DNA of 32,000 nucleotides, from assembly GCF_008000775.2 (NCBI RefSeq), contig NZ_CP042905.2, forward strand, positions 3,990,001 through 4,022,000, given 5' to 3'. A program made the position numbers and the translations under genes. Every line of letters begins with the position of its first letter. The first letter of the stretch is position 1. Below are positions 1 to 8,370 of the stretch, one piece after another. The notes under the pieces are model-generated. The model made no database searches. It was not told the origin of the DNA and was given only the letters and a program-made list of their open reading frames with translations. Origin of the DNA: Promethearchaeum syntrophicum. GTDB lineage: Archaea > Asgardarchaeota > Lokiarchaeia > Sigyniarchaeales > Promethearchaeaceae.

Positions 1-231
1 AATAATTGCCGAAATACTCGAAAAACTGTTTTTCGAGCTTTAGCAGAATATGAACAATTCGATCTAAAAGTTACAATTCAACATTTAGAACTGAACACCA
101 AAGAATCTATTGCAAAAATGGGAGTGTTGAGAGGTCCGGCCCTCATTTTTGATGAAATGCTTGTATACGAAGGAAAAATTCCTTCAAAATCAGAAATCAA
201 ACAAGCTTTGAAGCAGTATCTTGCTTTATAA
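1..231 (+). CDS. Partial (5' truncated) small thioredoxin-fold / redox-active disulfide-type protein
   Basis: Frame 1 reads ...NNCRNTRKTVFRALAEYEQFDLKVTIQHLELNTKESIAKMGVLRGPALIFDEMLVYEGKIPSKSEIKQALKQYLAL*. It has the 'M.V...PAL..D..vv..G..PS..ei...L' pattern of thioredoxin_3-type proteins, and it sits just upstream of a permease, a common pairing. Confidence 0.6.
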   Translation, partial: NNCRNTRKTVFRALAEYEQFDLKVTIQHLELNTKESIAKMGVLRGPALIFDEMLVYEGKIPSKSEIKQALKQYLAL

Positions 232-240
232 CTTTAATGG

Positions 241-1290
241 GTGAATTCATCGATGTCAAACAATACACGAATAAAATTTGAAAATGCTGCTATGTTAGCA
301 GTATATGCTTTAGTACTTGGGTTTTTTATCTATGGTAAAGTTATGCTATATACAAATCCCGTTCCGGAGCAATTACCGGATTATAGTTCATATCCTTTTT
401 ATTTGATTCCAATAATGTATATTTGGAATTATTTAAAAGCGGCTTGGTTCTCAATTTTACTAGCATTTTTACTCTCAGGAATCATTCAAGAAGTGCTTCC
501 TCAAGATATCATTGAGAAATATTTAAAAAAAGATAAATTAAGAAATTATTTCATTGCAGCAGCTCTTGCCCCATTATTTGTCACATGTAGTTGTTCGGTT
601 ATTCCCATTTATGTAGGGATTGTTGCCGCAGGAGCAAGTTTAGGTGTAGCTATGACCTTTTTCCTTATGGCCCCCGCAGCTAATTTAATTACAATACTTC
701 TTACAGGAGAATATATTGGTTGGGATTTAGGTATTTGGCGACTAATCTTCTCTTTAATTGCAGCGGTCCTTTGTGGAATTATTTTTGATAAAACAAAAAT
801 TGCTCGTAAATTAGAAGAACAAATTTCTCCAATGAAAGTTGGGAGAGCAAATAGAATGCAACTTAAATTACCTCTAAATGATAGACTGAAAAATATGTAT
901 CGATTCTCATTCCAAGTTTTTAAGAAAATTTTTCCTCTGTTACTCTTAGGACTAATTATTGTCAGTTATATTGCAGCATACTTACCTGATAATTGGATCG
1001 AATTATATTTTACCGGATTTTTAGGTATAGTTATTGCAGCAGTCCTTGGTGGGCCTTTATATACCCCTACATTAGTTGAAATTGTTCTCACACGAGAGTT
1101 TATAAATAAAGGAATGACTAGGGATGTGGCTTTGTCATTTATGATGGGACAACCCTATGATATAGTATCGATGGTTCCCAACTCTAAGTATTTTAAGTGG
1201 CAAGGAGTTTTATTATATACGGTTATATTCTTTTTATTTAGCATCATCTCTGGGGTGCTCTACGGGTTAGTGTATGGTTTGTACAACTAA
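241..1290 (+). CDS. Permease of the DUF318/ArsP_1-like family (SO_0444-type efflux)
   Basis: 349 aa, multiple TM segments; motifs 'LAPLFVTCSCSVIPIYVGIVAAGASLGVAMTFFLMAPAANL' and 'LGGPLYTPTLVEIVLTREFINKGM' typical of this permease family. GTG start; an ATG at codon 5 is possible. Confidence 0.8.
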   Translation: MNSSMSNNTRIKFENAAMLAVYALVLGFFIYGKVMLYTNPVPEQLPDYSSYPFYLIPIMYIWNYLKAAWFSILLAFLLSGIIQEVLPQDIIEKYLKKDKLRNYFIAAALAPLFVTCSCSVIPIYVGIVAAGASLGVAMTFFLMAPAANLITILLTGEYIGWDLGIWRLIFSLIAAVLCGIIFDKTKIARKLEEQISPMKVGRANRMQLKLPLNDRLKNMYRFSFQVFKKIFPLLLLGLIIVSYIAAYLPDNWIELYFTGFLGIVIAAVLGGPLYTPTLVEIVLTREFINKGMTRDVALSFMMGQPYDIVSMVPNSKYFKWQGVLLYTVIFFLFSIISGVLYGLVYGLYN

Positions 1291-1524
1291 TCGAATTTAA
1301 TTACAAAATTTTTTCTTTTCTTTTTTGATAAAATATGGGAATGAATTCTGCTCTTATTTACTCAATTTAAATAGGTTTGAATTTCTATAAATTTTCGATG
1401 ATTTCTATATGAAATAAGTAGAAAAATCATCTCTCAATGCAAATTATGGAACTCCAATTTAAGAAATGATTTATTAACGACAGATATATATATTATATTA
1501 AATATACACTTCAATTAGAGCAAA

Positions 1525-3498
1525 ATGAATTCATGGATAGTTTTGTTTTTCCATTTAGTAATTTATTCAATTTTTCCGTTATTTATGATTAAAGCTCAAA
1601 AGAGCATTAGGTTATCATTTTTTTATATTTTTACTGGAATGCTCTTTACTTTTTCCAATATTTTAGGTGCAATGTACTCAATCTCGTTGCCGAATGGGAT
1701 ACTCCTATCGGGAGGAAGCATTGCTTATTGCGCTTTGATAATGAACGTATTATTAATTGTAATTACAGAAAGAAATCCAAGAATAATTCGGTATATTATC
1801 TTTTTTGATGTGATTCTTAGTATATTCTTTTTTGTATTCTATAAATTTCTTGTGTATTTAATTGAAAATGAATTCGTTGTTTCTATATTTGAATTTTCAT
1901 CATCAATATTCAGTACAACCAGTTTAATTGTTATAGTTGGGGCTGTGCTATTTATTATTGAACTTCTTTTCATGGTATTCGCCTTTGAATTTGTAAAAAA
2001 GAAAATAAAAAATACTTTAGCTATTTCAGTCATTTATATCGCTATTTACATTTTATTATTGATATTTGATGGATTTGTTTTTCCGCTAATTGCATTTCCA
2101 TTAGAACCCTCCCTCCAAGAATTAATGAGTCATGGTACCATTGGAAAACTGTTACTGGGAACAGGTTTTAGTATTCCCATAATAATTTTTATGGTAATAT
2201 TTCGCGAAAAAATTGTGAAATATTATAATCAACCGCTTTCCGTAGGAGAGATACTCCTTTTACCTAGAAAAAAGTTGATTGATGAACTTGAACGCCAAAA
2301 GACGGCTCGAGAAGCGAGTGAGTTAAACTTGCAAAAATTAGAATCTATTGGCATTCTTGCAGGAGGTCTCGGTCATGATTATAATAATATTCTTGGGGTA
2401 ATTTTATTGAACGCATCCCTAATACAAGAAGAACTTAAAAGCTCAGATCCAGAAAATGGTGAAATCTCTAGAATACAGACTTACATTACAGAGGCTTTGG
2501 AAAACATTGCTCTTTCTGTAGAAAATGGAAAAGCTTTAAGTAAACAACTGCTTTTATTTGCGAAATTAAAAAAACCTAATAAAAAGGAGTGCGAAGTTCA
2601 TACATTAATTAAAAATGTTTCAAAATTAGCGTTATCTGGGAGCCAAGTAAGTTTTAAAATCCATAAATTGACCGAAAAAGTAAATTGGATTCTCGATGAA
2701 TCGCAAATTTTTCAGGTTATTCTAAATTTATTAATAAACTCTAAACAAGCAATGCCAAAGGGCGGGCAGATTTCCATCTATATTGAAGAAATAAATCCTA
2801 AATCTTTAGGGAAACAATTTTTTAAACATCCTCCAAATATTAAGAAAGAATATTTAAAGATAATTGTCAAAGACCAAGGAATTGGTATCCCGAAAGAAGA
2901 TTTAAAGCGAATATTTGATCCATATTTCACCACCAAGGCAAATGGAAAAGGTTTAGGACTTTCTGTCTCACATTCAATAATCCATAACCATAATGGCTTT
3001 TTACATGTTGAATCCACCGAAAATAAAGGAACCATTATTGGAATTTACCTTCCGAAATTAAAAAATACCTTAAAACAACAGGAACATATAAATAAAATAC
3101 AATTTGAGGCTAATCCGTTAAACATTTTGGTAATGGATGATGAGAAGCAAATTGGTGTTATTTTAAAAAAAATACTTGAAAAAGAAAACCATTCAGTAAA
3201 TTTATGTAAAAACGGTGATGAATGCTTAAAGCTTTTTGAAAAATCATTAGGATCTGCCCATGAATTTGATTTAATTATACTAGATCTTACAATAAAAAAT
3301 GGTTTAGGAGGTTTAGATACAATTAAGCAATTAAAAAAGATGAAAACTTCAATTAAAGTTATCGCAATGAGCGGATATCATGATTCGGACATAATTAAAA
3401 ATCCAAAAAAGTATGAGTTTGTTGGATCTATTCAAAAACCATTCAATTACAAGGATATTCAAGAAAAAATTAGAAAAGTATATAATAATGAGAAATAA
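1525..3498 (+). CDS. Hybrid sensor histidine kinase with N-terminal multi-TM region and C-terminal receiver domain
   Basis: 657 aa. H-box 'GGLGHDYNNILGVI', N-box 'QVILNLLINSKQAM', G-boxes 'DQGIGIPKEDLKRIFDPYFTTKANGKGLGLSV', receiver 'NILVMDDEKQIG...DLIILDLTIKNGLGGLDTI...VIAMSG...IQKPF'. Confidence 0.92.
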   Translation: MNSWIVLFFHLVIYSIFPLFMIKAQKSIRLSFFYIFTGMLFTFSNILGAMYSISLPNGILLSGGSIAYCALIMNVLLIVITERNPRIIRYIIFFDVILSIFFFVFYKFLVYLIENEFVVSIFEFSSSIFSTTSLIVIVGAVLFIIELLFMVFAFEFVKKKIKNTLAISVIYIAIYILLLIFDGFVFPLIAFPLEPSLQELMSHGTIGKLLLGTGFSIPIIIFMVIFREKIVKYYNQPLSVGEILLLPRKKLIDELERQKTAREASELNLQKLESIGILAGGLGHDYNNILGVILLNASLIQEELKSSDPENGEISRIQTYITEALENIALSVENGKALSKQLLLFAKLKKPNKKECEVHTLIKNVSKLALSGSQVSFKIHKLTEKVNWILDESQIFQVILNLLINSKQAMPKGGQISIYIEEINPKSLGKQFFKHPPNIKKEYLKIIVKDQGIGIPKEDLKRIFDPYFTTKANGKGLGLSVSHSIIHNHNGFLHVESTENKGTIIGIYLPKLKNTLKQQEHINKIQFEANPLNILVMDDEKQIGVILKKILEKENHSVNLCKNGDECLKLFEKSLGSAHEFDLIILDLTIKNGLGGLDTIKQLKKMKTSIKVIAMSGYHDSDIIKNPKKYEFVGSIQKPFNYKDIQEKIRKVYNNEK

Positions 3499-3600
3499 CT
3501 AAGATTATTGAAGATCTAATCAGGAGATTGTATCTAATAATGTAAATGTTGATTTAGATGTTATTATAAATTGCTTGATTATGAAATTTAAAAAAGAAAA

Positions 3601-4155
3601 TTATTCTGATTTCTCTAGATGTTTTGAAATGTCTGCGCACACCCGATCAATTATCGGGAAATCTTGATTCACAATTTTCTGAAAATCGGTAGTTCCTCTG
3701 TAAACCATTATGAGGATTAATTTTGGTCCAGCTCCACGTATTAAAAGAAATCCATTACTAGTTTTTGTTAGGGTAATATCGAGTGTTCCCAGATCAAATT
3801 CCTCTATTGTTCTGGATGATGCGGAGAGATATGTAAGCATTCCTAGAAATAAACCATCTTCACTAATGCTATTTTCGATGATAGAAGCTACGGATGAACC
3901 ATCTGTCATGTCACTAAACAGAGCAACAGATCTCACCCCTTCGAGATACTTGAGTACTTCTAGGAAGGTTTTATAAGCAGGATCACCCGAATATCGTTCT
4001 CCAGGGATCCCTTTGATTTTATATTTGCGACTCCATCGGGCCAAGGTCATTTGAGAAACGGAATATTTATCTGCAGTTTCTCGATACGTATGATTTTGGC
4101 GATAATGCATTATTTCTTCTTTTTTTTCTTTCGAATAACGTTTTCCACTTGACAT
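3601..4155 (-). CDS. HTH (transposase/homeodomain-like) protein fused to a Roadblock/LC7-like domain
   Basis: 184 aa. N-terminus 'KRYSKEKKEEIMHYRQNHTYRETADKYSVSQMTLARWSRKYK' is an HTH. C-terminus 'LKYLEGVRSVALFSDMTDGSSVASII...LTYLSASSRTIEEFDLGTLDITLTKTSNGFLLIRGAGPKLILIMVYR' follows a Roadblock/LC7 pattern. Confidence 0.7.
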   Translation of the reverse strand: MSSGKRYSKEKKEEIMHYRQNHTYRETADKYSVSQMTLARWSRKYKIKGIPGERYSGDPAYKTFLEVLKYLEGVRSVALFSDMTDGSSVASIIENSISEDGLFLGMLTYLSASSRTIEEFDLGTLDITLTKTSNGFLLIRGAGPKLILIMVYRGTTDFQKIVNQDFPIIDRVCADISKHLEKSE

Positions 4156-4198
4156 AAGTTTTCACCTAAGTGACTGTTAGTGACACACATATTTAAAT

Positions 4199-4266
4199 GT
4201 TAGCAGTGTTAGTCCAAATTAATTATAACGAAATTTTTGAGAAATGTTAGTGTTAGCAGTATTAGC
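4199..4266. promoter_or_regulatory. Pair of 14-bp direct repeats GTTAGCAGT(G/A)TTAG upstream of the HTH-Roadblock gene
   Basis: GTTAGCAGTGTTAG at 4199-4212 and GTTAGCAGTATTAG at 4252-4265, plus additional GTTAGTG units at 4246 and 4176; TATA-like ATTTAAAT at about 4191-4198. Confidence 0.5.
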
Positions 4267-4380
4267 GTTTTTTTTAAGAATTTGATAGAAACATATTAAC
4301 TAAGATTTAATCGATGATAATTAAGAAAAAAAGAAAAAAAGAAAAAAAAAGGTAATTAAAATGAAGTAATGTAATCAATA

Positions 4381-5268
4381 TTAATGAACAAGTGGAGATC
4401 TAGATTTCTTATTCAGGATAAAGAATGGATTTAATATTTTGGATTTAAATAATCTTGTTTTATTATAGTTGATGAAATAAACAACCGACCATGACATTAT
4501 GGCTAAGAAAAATATCCATTCCCAAAGAGATGAGGAGAATATTCCGTAGGAGTATATAGGATAAAATATGGAAAGATACAATGAAATACCGAATTGAATT
4601 GCAATCAGGTTGAAGATTATATAAAATATTCCAAGATGACCAGTATTTTCTTTGATTTCTTCATTCCTTTTTCGTTTTCGAATTAAAATTATCCAATCAA
4701 TATTAGCTATGATGAAATATCCAAAAAATACCATAAAAGCCCCGAGGAGGTGTGGTATTCTAATATTGGATGGAAATATACCCACTATTATGAATCCTAA
4801 GGCACCAATAAGACTAAACAATTGAGTAATCTTTGCTAATTTTGAATCTCCTTTTTCTATCATTTGATATATTTTCATTGTGAAGGGAATTTGTAGAACT
4901 CCGGTAATTAAAATACCTGCATTAAAAATAGGAGCTCCTTGAGGATTGTTTAAATAAACTCCTAAATCACTAATAGTGTTGGTTTTAATTGAATAGAAAG
5001 TGGGGAATAATAACAGAGGAATAATCAAAGTCAAACCCATAATAAGAATTATCAAGCATAAATTGAGAAAGTATGCGTTTAAGGAAGCTTTTCCTTCAAT
5101 AAATTTAGAAGTCTCAATCAGAAATTCACCTTTTTCATTGTTTTTTTCATTTTCAAATCGAATGAATAAATATTTCATATCTTTTGGTGAAGGAACAGTC
5201 ATCAATTCTTGTTTTTTCATTTTTATGGCAACTCTCCAATATTTTTTTTTACAATTTTCAATTTTCAT
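4381..5268 (-). CDS. DUF998-like multi-pass membrane protein
   Basis: 295 aa with about 6 hydrophobic segments; 'TISDLGVYLNNPQGAPIFNAGILITGVLQIPF...GALGFIIVGIFP...PHLLGAFMVFFGYFI' resembles DUF998 proteins. Confidence 0.6.
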   Translation of the reverse strand: MKIENCKKKYWRVAIKMKKQELMTVPSPKDMKYLFIRFENEKNNEKGEFLIETSKFIEGKASLNAYFLNLCLIILIMGLTLIIPLLLFPTFYSIKTNTISDLGVYLNNPQGAPIFNAGILITGVLQIPFTMKIYQMIEKGDSKLAKITQLFSLIGALGFIIVGIFPSNIRIPHLLGAFMVFFGYFIIANIDWIILIRKRKRNEEIKENTGHLGIFYIIFNLIAIQFGISLYLSIFYPIYSYGIFSSSLWEWIFFLAIMSWSVVYFINYNKTRLFKSKILNPFFILNKKSRSPLVH

Positions 5269-5333
5269 GAAAACTGATTATTATTTAAAATAAAGAAAAC
5301 ACAACTATTTAAACTTATCATTTTTCATGAAAA
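5262..5333. promoter_or_regulatory. Twin 12-bp palindromes TTTTCATGAAAA overlapping both divergent start codons
   Basis: Exact TTTTCATGAAAA at 5262-5273 (over the start of the 4381..5268 gene) and 5322-5333 (over the start of the 5327..6493 gene), 60 bp apart. Confidence 0.4.
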
Positions 5334-6493
5334 TTGGTTACCTTTTTAAGTTAGAATTTTTTAAATTAAACCAAGGAATGGTAAAGAAAAAAAAATCGCT
5401 CTTTTTTGATGATAAATTAAGAAAATTTGAAAAAGAGCTTCTTGATTACTTTGTAGAAGTGGGTCTTGAAAAAGGTAGAAATGATATTGATTCTCATATC
5501 TTGGGATATCTTATGCTTCATCAAAATTTAACTCAAAAACAGATTAGAGAATTATCGAGAGAACTTTTTATTAAAAATACGAAACGAGGAATTTCAAACG
5601 GTTCGATCTCAGCATTTTTAAATGGAATTTATTCCAAAATTGGTATATTAAAAAAAGATAAAGTAGAGGGATCAAATTATCTCTTTGAATATTCACTATC
5701 GAGACATATTAGTCGTTCTACATTAGAAAGTACGAAAATCGGATTGAGAATAGTTAATGATTACATTAGTAGCGTACATCAAATTTCCAATTTACTTTCA
5801 AAAATTTCTTCTAGGGATATAATTGATCTAGATTTCTATAATCTTTTTGTTAAGAGAATGGATGAAATATTGAAATTTACTAAATCTTATAAAATCATAA
5901 TGGAGAAATCCATAAATTACCACGAAAAGAATTCAAACGATAAAATTCCTCAAGATAAATCTTCAATCACTAAAAATGATGAGGTTCCAGAAAAAAAAAC
6001 TATCGATGATATATATAGTTTAGAAGAAGAACTGATATCTGAGACTGTAAAAACTCCGCTATTTCAATTTCTAAAAGCCGACTATATCAGGATTATGGGA
6101 TATTTCATAACTAGAGAAAAGTTGACCCAGAAAGAATTGAAAGAACTTACAGGTTTTTCTATTGGACATATCTCACAAGGATTAAAGAAACTACTTGAAT
6201 TGGAATTAATTCAATCATATAAAGAACATGGTAAACGGCAAAGCACATATATAATGAAATCAATTGGTTATTCTCTTATGAAGAGATTTTTAGGAGCTAT
6301 TCAAAAAAGTAACGCATTTAAACCCAATTTGATTGAAATCGATGAAAAATTGGAAAATAGGAAGAAAGAATGGCAAGATTTAAATGGGTATGCACAAATT
6401 AAGGCATTTGTTGAAGAAAGAATTGAAATGATGAATTATTTCGATTTTCTGGAAGAAACTATGGTAATTGAGCTAATTAGATTAAAAGAATAA
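5327..6493 (+). CDS. Transcriptional regulator with two winged-HTH-like regions
   Basis: 388 aa. Region 1 'ILGYLMLHQNLTQKQIRELSRELFIKNTKRGISNGSISAFLNGIYSKIGILKK' and region 2 'IMGYFITREKLTQKELKELTGFSIGHISQGLKKLLELELIQSYKEHGKRQSTY' both match a wHTH pattern. Confidence 0.7.
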   Translation: MKIGYLFKLEFFKLNQGMVKKKKSLFFDDKLRKFEKELLDYFVEVGLEKGRNDIDSHILGYLMLHQNLTQKQIRELSRELFIKNTKRGISNGSISAFLNGIYSKIGILKKDKVEGSNYLFEYSLSRHISRSTLESTKIGLRIVNDYISSVHQISNLLSKISSRDIIDLDFYNLFVKRMDEILKFTKSYKIIMEKSINYHEKNSNDKIPQDKSSITKNDEVPEKKTIDDIYSLEEELISETVKTPLFQFLKADYIRIMGYFITREKLTQKELKELTGFSIGHISQGLKKLLELELIQSYKEHGKRQSTYIMKSIGYSLMKRFLGAIQKSNAFKPNLIEIDEKLENRKKEWQDLNGYAQIKAFVEERIEMMNYFDFLEETMVIELIRLKE

Positions 6494-6547
6494 GATTTTC
6501 ATAAATTTTAATATTAAAGAACATTTGATTTTAAAGAAGATTTAGAA

Positions 6548-7009
6548 ATGGTAAAAGCTACATTAAAAGATTTAAATGCAGAAATTCTTAAATATCAATC
6601 ACTTACGGAAGGCATAGCAGATACAACAATTATTAAATCTTCAAAAGAAGAAAAAATCAAAATTTCCAGTGATGAATTATTTATTGAAGAAGATAATGTC
6701 CATATTTATTTGACATTCAATCCAAATGTCAAAAAAATTAGATGTATTATATATCTAACTGAAGTTGACAGCGATTTTGTAGAAATGATGATAAGTCGAG
6801 TTGGACTGCCGACAACTGAAACAAATATTCAAAATTATCAACGAGATCCCACCTTAGTCGAAAAGTACTGGAATGCTGAATTCATTCCGAAATATAATGA
6901 ACTAATGAAATATCTAAGGAGATCGAAAATTAAATTTCTATTTCAAGAAAGATTTAAACCTACTTTTAATAAAAACCGCAATAATGAAATTGTTGATAAT
7001 TTTGGATGA
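6548..7009 (+). CDS. Hypothetical protein (153 aa), no recognised family
   Basis: Open frame 55 bp downstream of the regulator on the same strand. Its C-terminus 'RRSKIKFLFQERFKPTFNKNRNNEIVDNFG' recurs at 8246-8339. Confidence 0.6.
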   Translation: MVKATLKDLNAEILKYQSLTEGIADTTIIKSSKEEKIKISSDELFIEEDNVHIYLTFNPNVKKIRCIIYLTEVDSDFVEMMISRVGLPTTETNIQNYQRDPTLVEKYWNAEFIPKYNELMKYLRRSKIKFLFQERFKPTFNKNRNNEIVDNFG

Positions 7010-7190
7010 CATTTTGTATACAAATGAATTTTCTGTAAAAGATTAGGAATGATATCATCCAATAAAACACAAATTTTTCCAATTTAATTAATTATCTGTA
7101 TAGTAGTTTCCAATGAGAAAATTTTAGGAATTTTATAATCCTGAGAATTACTCAAAAATTAACAACACAGCACTTATAATTTGAGGCTGG

Positions 7191-8153
7191 TCAGGTAATT
7201 AGAATTATTAACGTTACCAGTGTAAGTATTATTATCGCTAATGTTATGAGAATTAGTTTAGAATTATATTTCTTGGGAGTTTCCCGAGATCGTGGTGCCT
7301 GCATCAAGAATATTGAAATCCAAACACAGACGCTAAAATAGGCAGAGTGCCAGAGTAGAAAACCAAACCCCCAATCGCTGTACACTTTGGTTTCATTCAC
7401 AATCATGAAGGCATCAGTTATAGCATTTGAGCCTATACTAGGGAACCCGGTTTTGATTTCAATAATTGCACTTTCCCAAAGACCAAATATATGAAAGAAT
7501 AATCCATAACTACAATAAATCACACACCATGTAGCAATGACTATTGCGGATAGCTTCAACATCTGCAAGCGTTTTAATTTTTCCTTATCTTTTAATGATA
7601 AAACACGACGTAGTTGTATGATAGAAAGCGGTAGTATTGCTATGAAGCCCACTGACCATAAAGTCTCCTCGATTGCCCAGAAAAGATCAAATTTGAATAT
7701 CACTCCTCCAAAAGCAAAAAATTGTGCGAGAAATATACAAATTATTAGGATGTATGGAGTCTTTGTGGTTATGAATGTCTTGAATTTACTAGATTGATCA
7801 GGATTCCCAGCAGGCAAATCTATATTGAATTGTAACATCGCAAATGCAATTAATCCACTGAATGAAAGTTCCGCTGCGGCGGCAAATACTCGGATCAGGA
7901 GAGAACTATTGGCAATACTATCAAACCAAGCGAGTTGAGGATCATACCGAGACACAAAGACCGTACGATATGCAGCGACTATGGTAAAAATTACTCCCAT
8001 GATTCGCATCCTTTTGCGATAGGATGTATTTGTTGCATCCTTTGGAATCCGAGTTTTTTGATATACTACTGCGCACACTACTAAGTTCACTATGCTAATG
8101 ATAACCATAACCGTCCACCAAAACCATGCCCAATCAGTGCCATTAATACTCAT
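7191..8153 (-). CDS. Multi-pass membrane protein of unknown function (about 7-8 TM)
   Basis: 320 aa with repeated long hydrophobic segments; polar/aromatic motifs 'AAYRTVFVSRYDPQLAWFDSIANSSLLIRVFAAAAELSF' and 'EETLWSVGF'. Confidence 0.7.
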   Translation of the reverse strand: MSINGTDWAWFWWTVMVIISIVNLVVCAVVYQKTRIPKDATNTSYRKRMRIMGVIFTIVAAYRTVFVSRYDPQLAWFDSIANSSLLIRVFAAAAELSFSGLIAFAMLQFNIDLPAGNPDQSSKFKTFITTKTPYILIICIFLAQFFAFGGVIFKFDLFWAIEETLWSVGFIAILPLSIIQLRRVLSLKDKEKLKRLQMLKLSAIVIATWCVIYCSYGLFFHIFGLWESAIIEIKTGFPSIGSNAITDAFMIVNETKVYSDWGFGFLLWHSAYFSVCVWISIFLMQAPRSRETPKKYNSKLILITLAIIILTLVTLIILIT

Positions 8154-8221
8154 ATTTTTTTAGCTTCGTTGATTTTAAATTACTGTGGATATTGAAGGAA
8201 TGGTCATTTTTAAATTTTAAA

Positions 8222-8339
8222 ATGTGAAAATATTGAAAAATTTTTGAGGAGAATTAAAATCAAATTTCAATTTCAGGAAAAATTTAAGCTTGTCTTCAAT
8301 AAAAACCGGGATAATGAATTTGTAGATAATTTTGGATTA
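8222..8339 (+). pseudogene. 3'-end remnant of a paralogue of the 153-aa gene (6548..7009)
   Basis: Translated 'RRIKIKFQFQEKFKLVFNKNRDNEFVDNFG' versus 'RRSKIKFLFQERFKPTFNKNRNNEIVDNFG'. Upstream similarity (gtgaaaatattg / atgaaatatcta) is broken by an insertion/frameshift, and there is no 5' portion. Confidence 0.75.
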
Positions 8340-8370
8340 AAAAAAGTATATAATAATTTCATATTATATA

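Noticed and set aside
1839-3035. Minus-strand ORFs of 64 and 85 aa inside the histidine kinase gene
   Set aside because: Fully antisense to a well-supported CDS with no recognisable protein pattern.
4328-4360. A-rich tandem-like tract gaaaaaaagaaaaaaagaaaaaaaaagg as a repeat element
   Set aside because: Low-complexity sequence in an AT-rich intergenic region; no unit structure beyond poly-A.
3710-5293. Plus-strand ORFs 3710-3976 and 5000-5293
   Set aside because: Antisense to the HTH-Roadblock and DUF998-like genes; composition looks like reverse complement of coding sequence.
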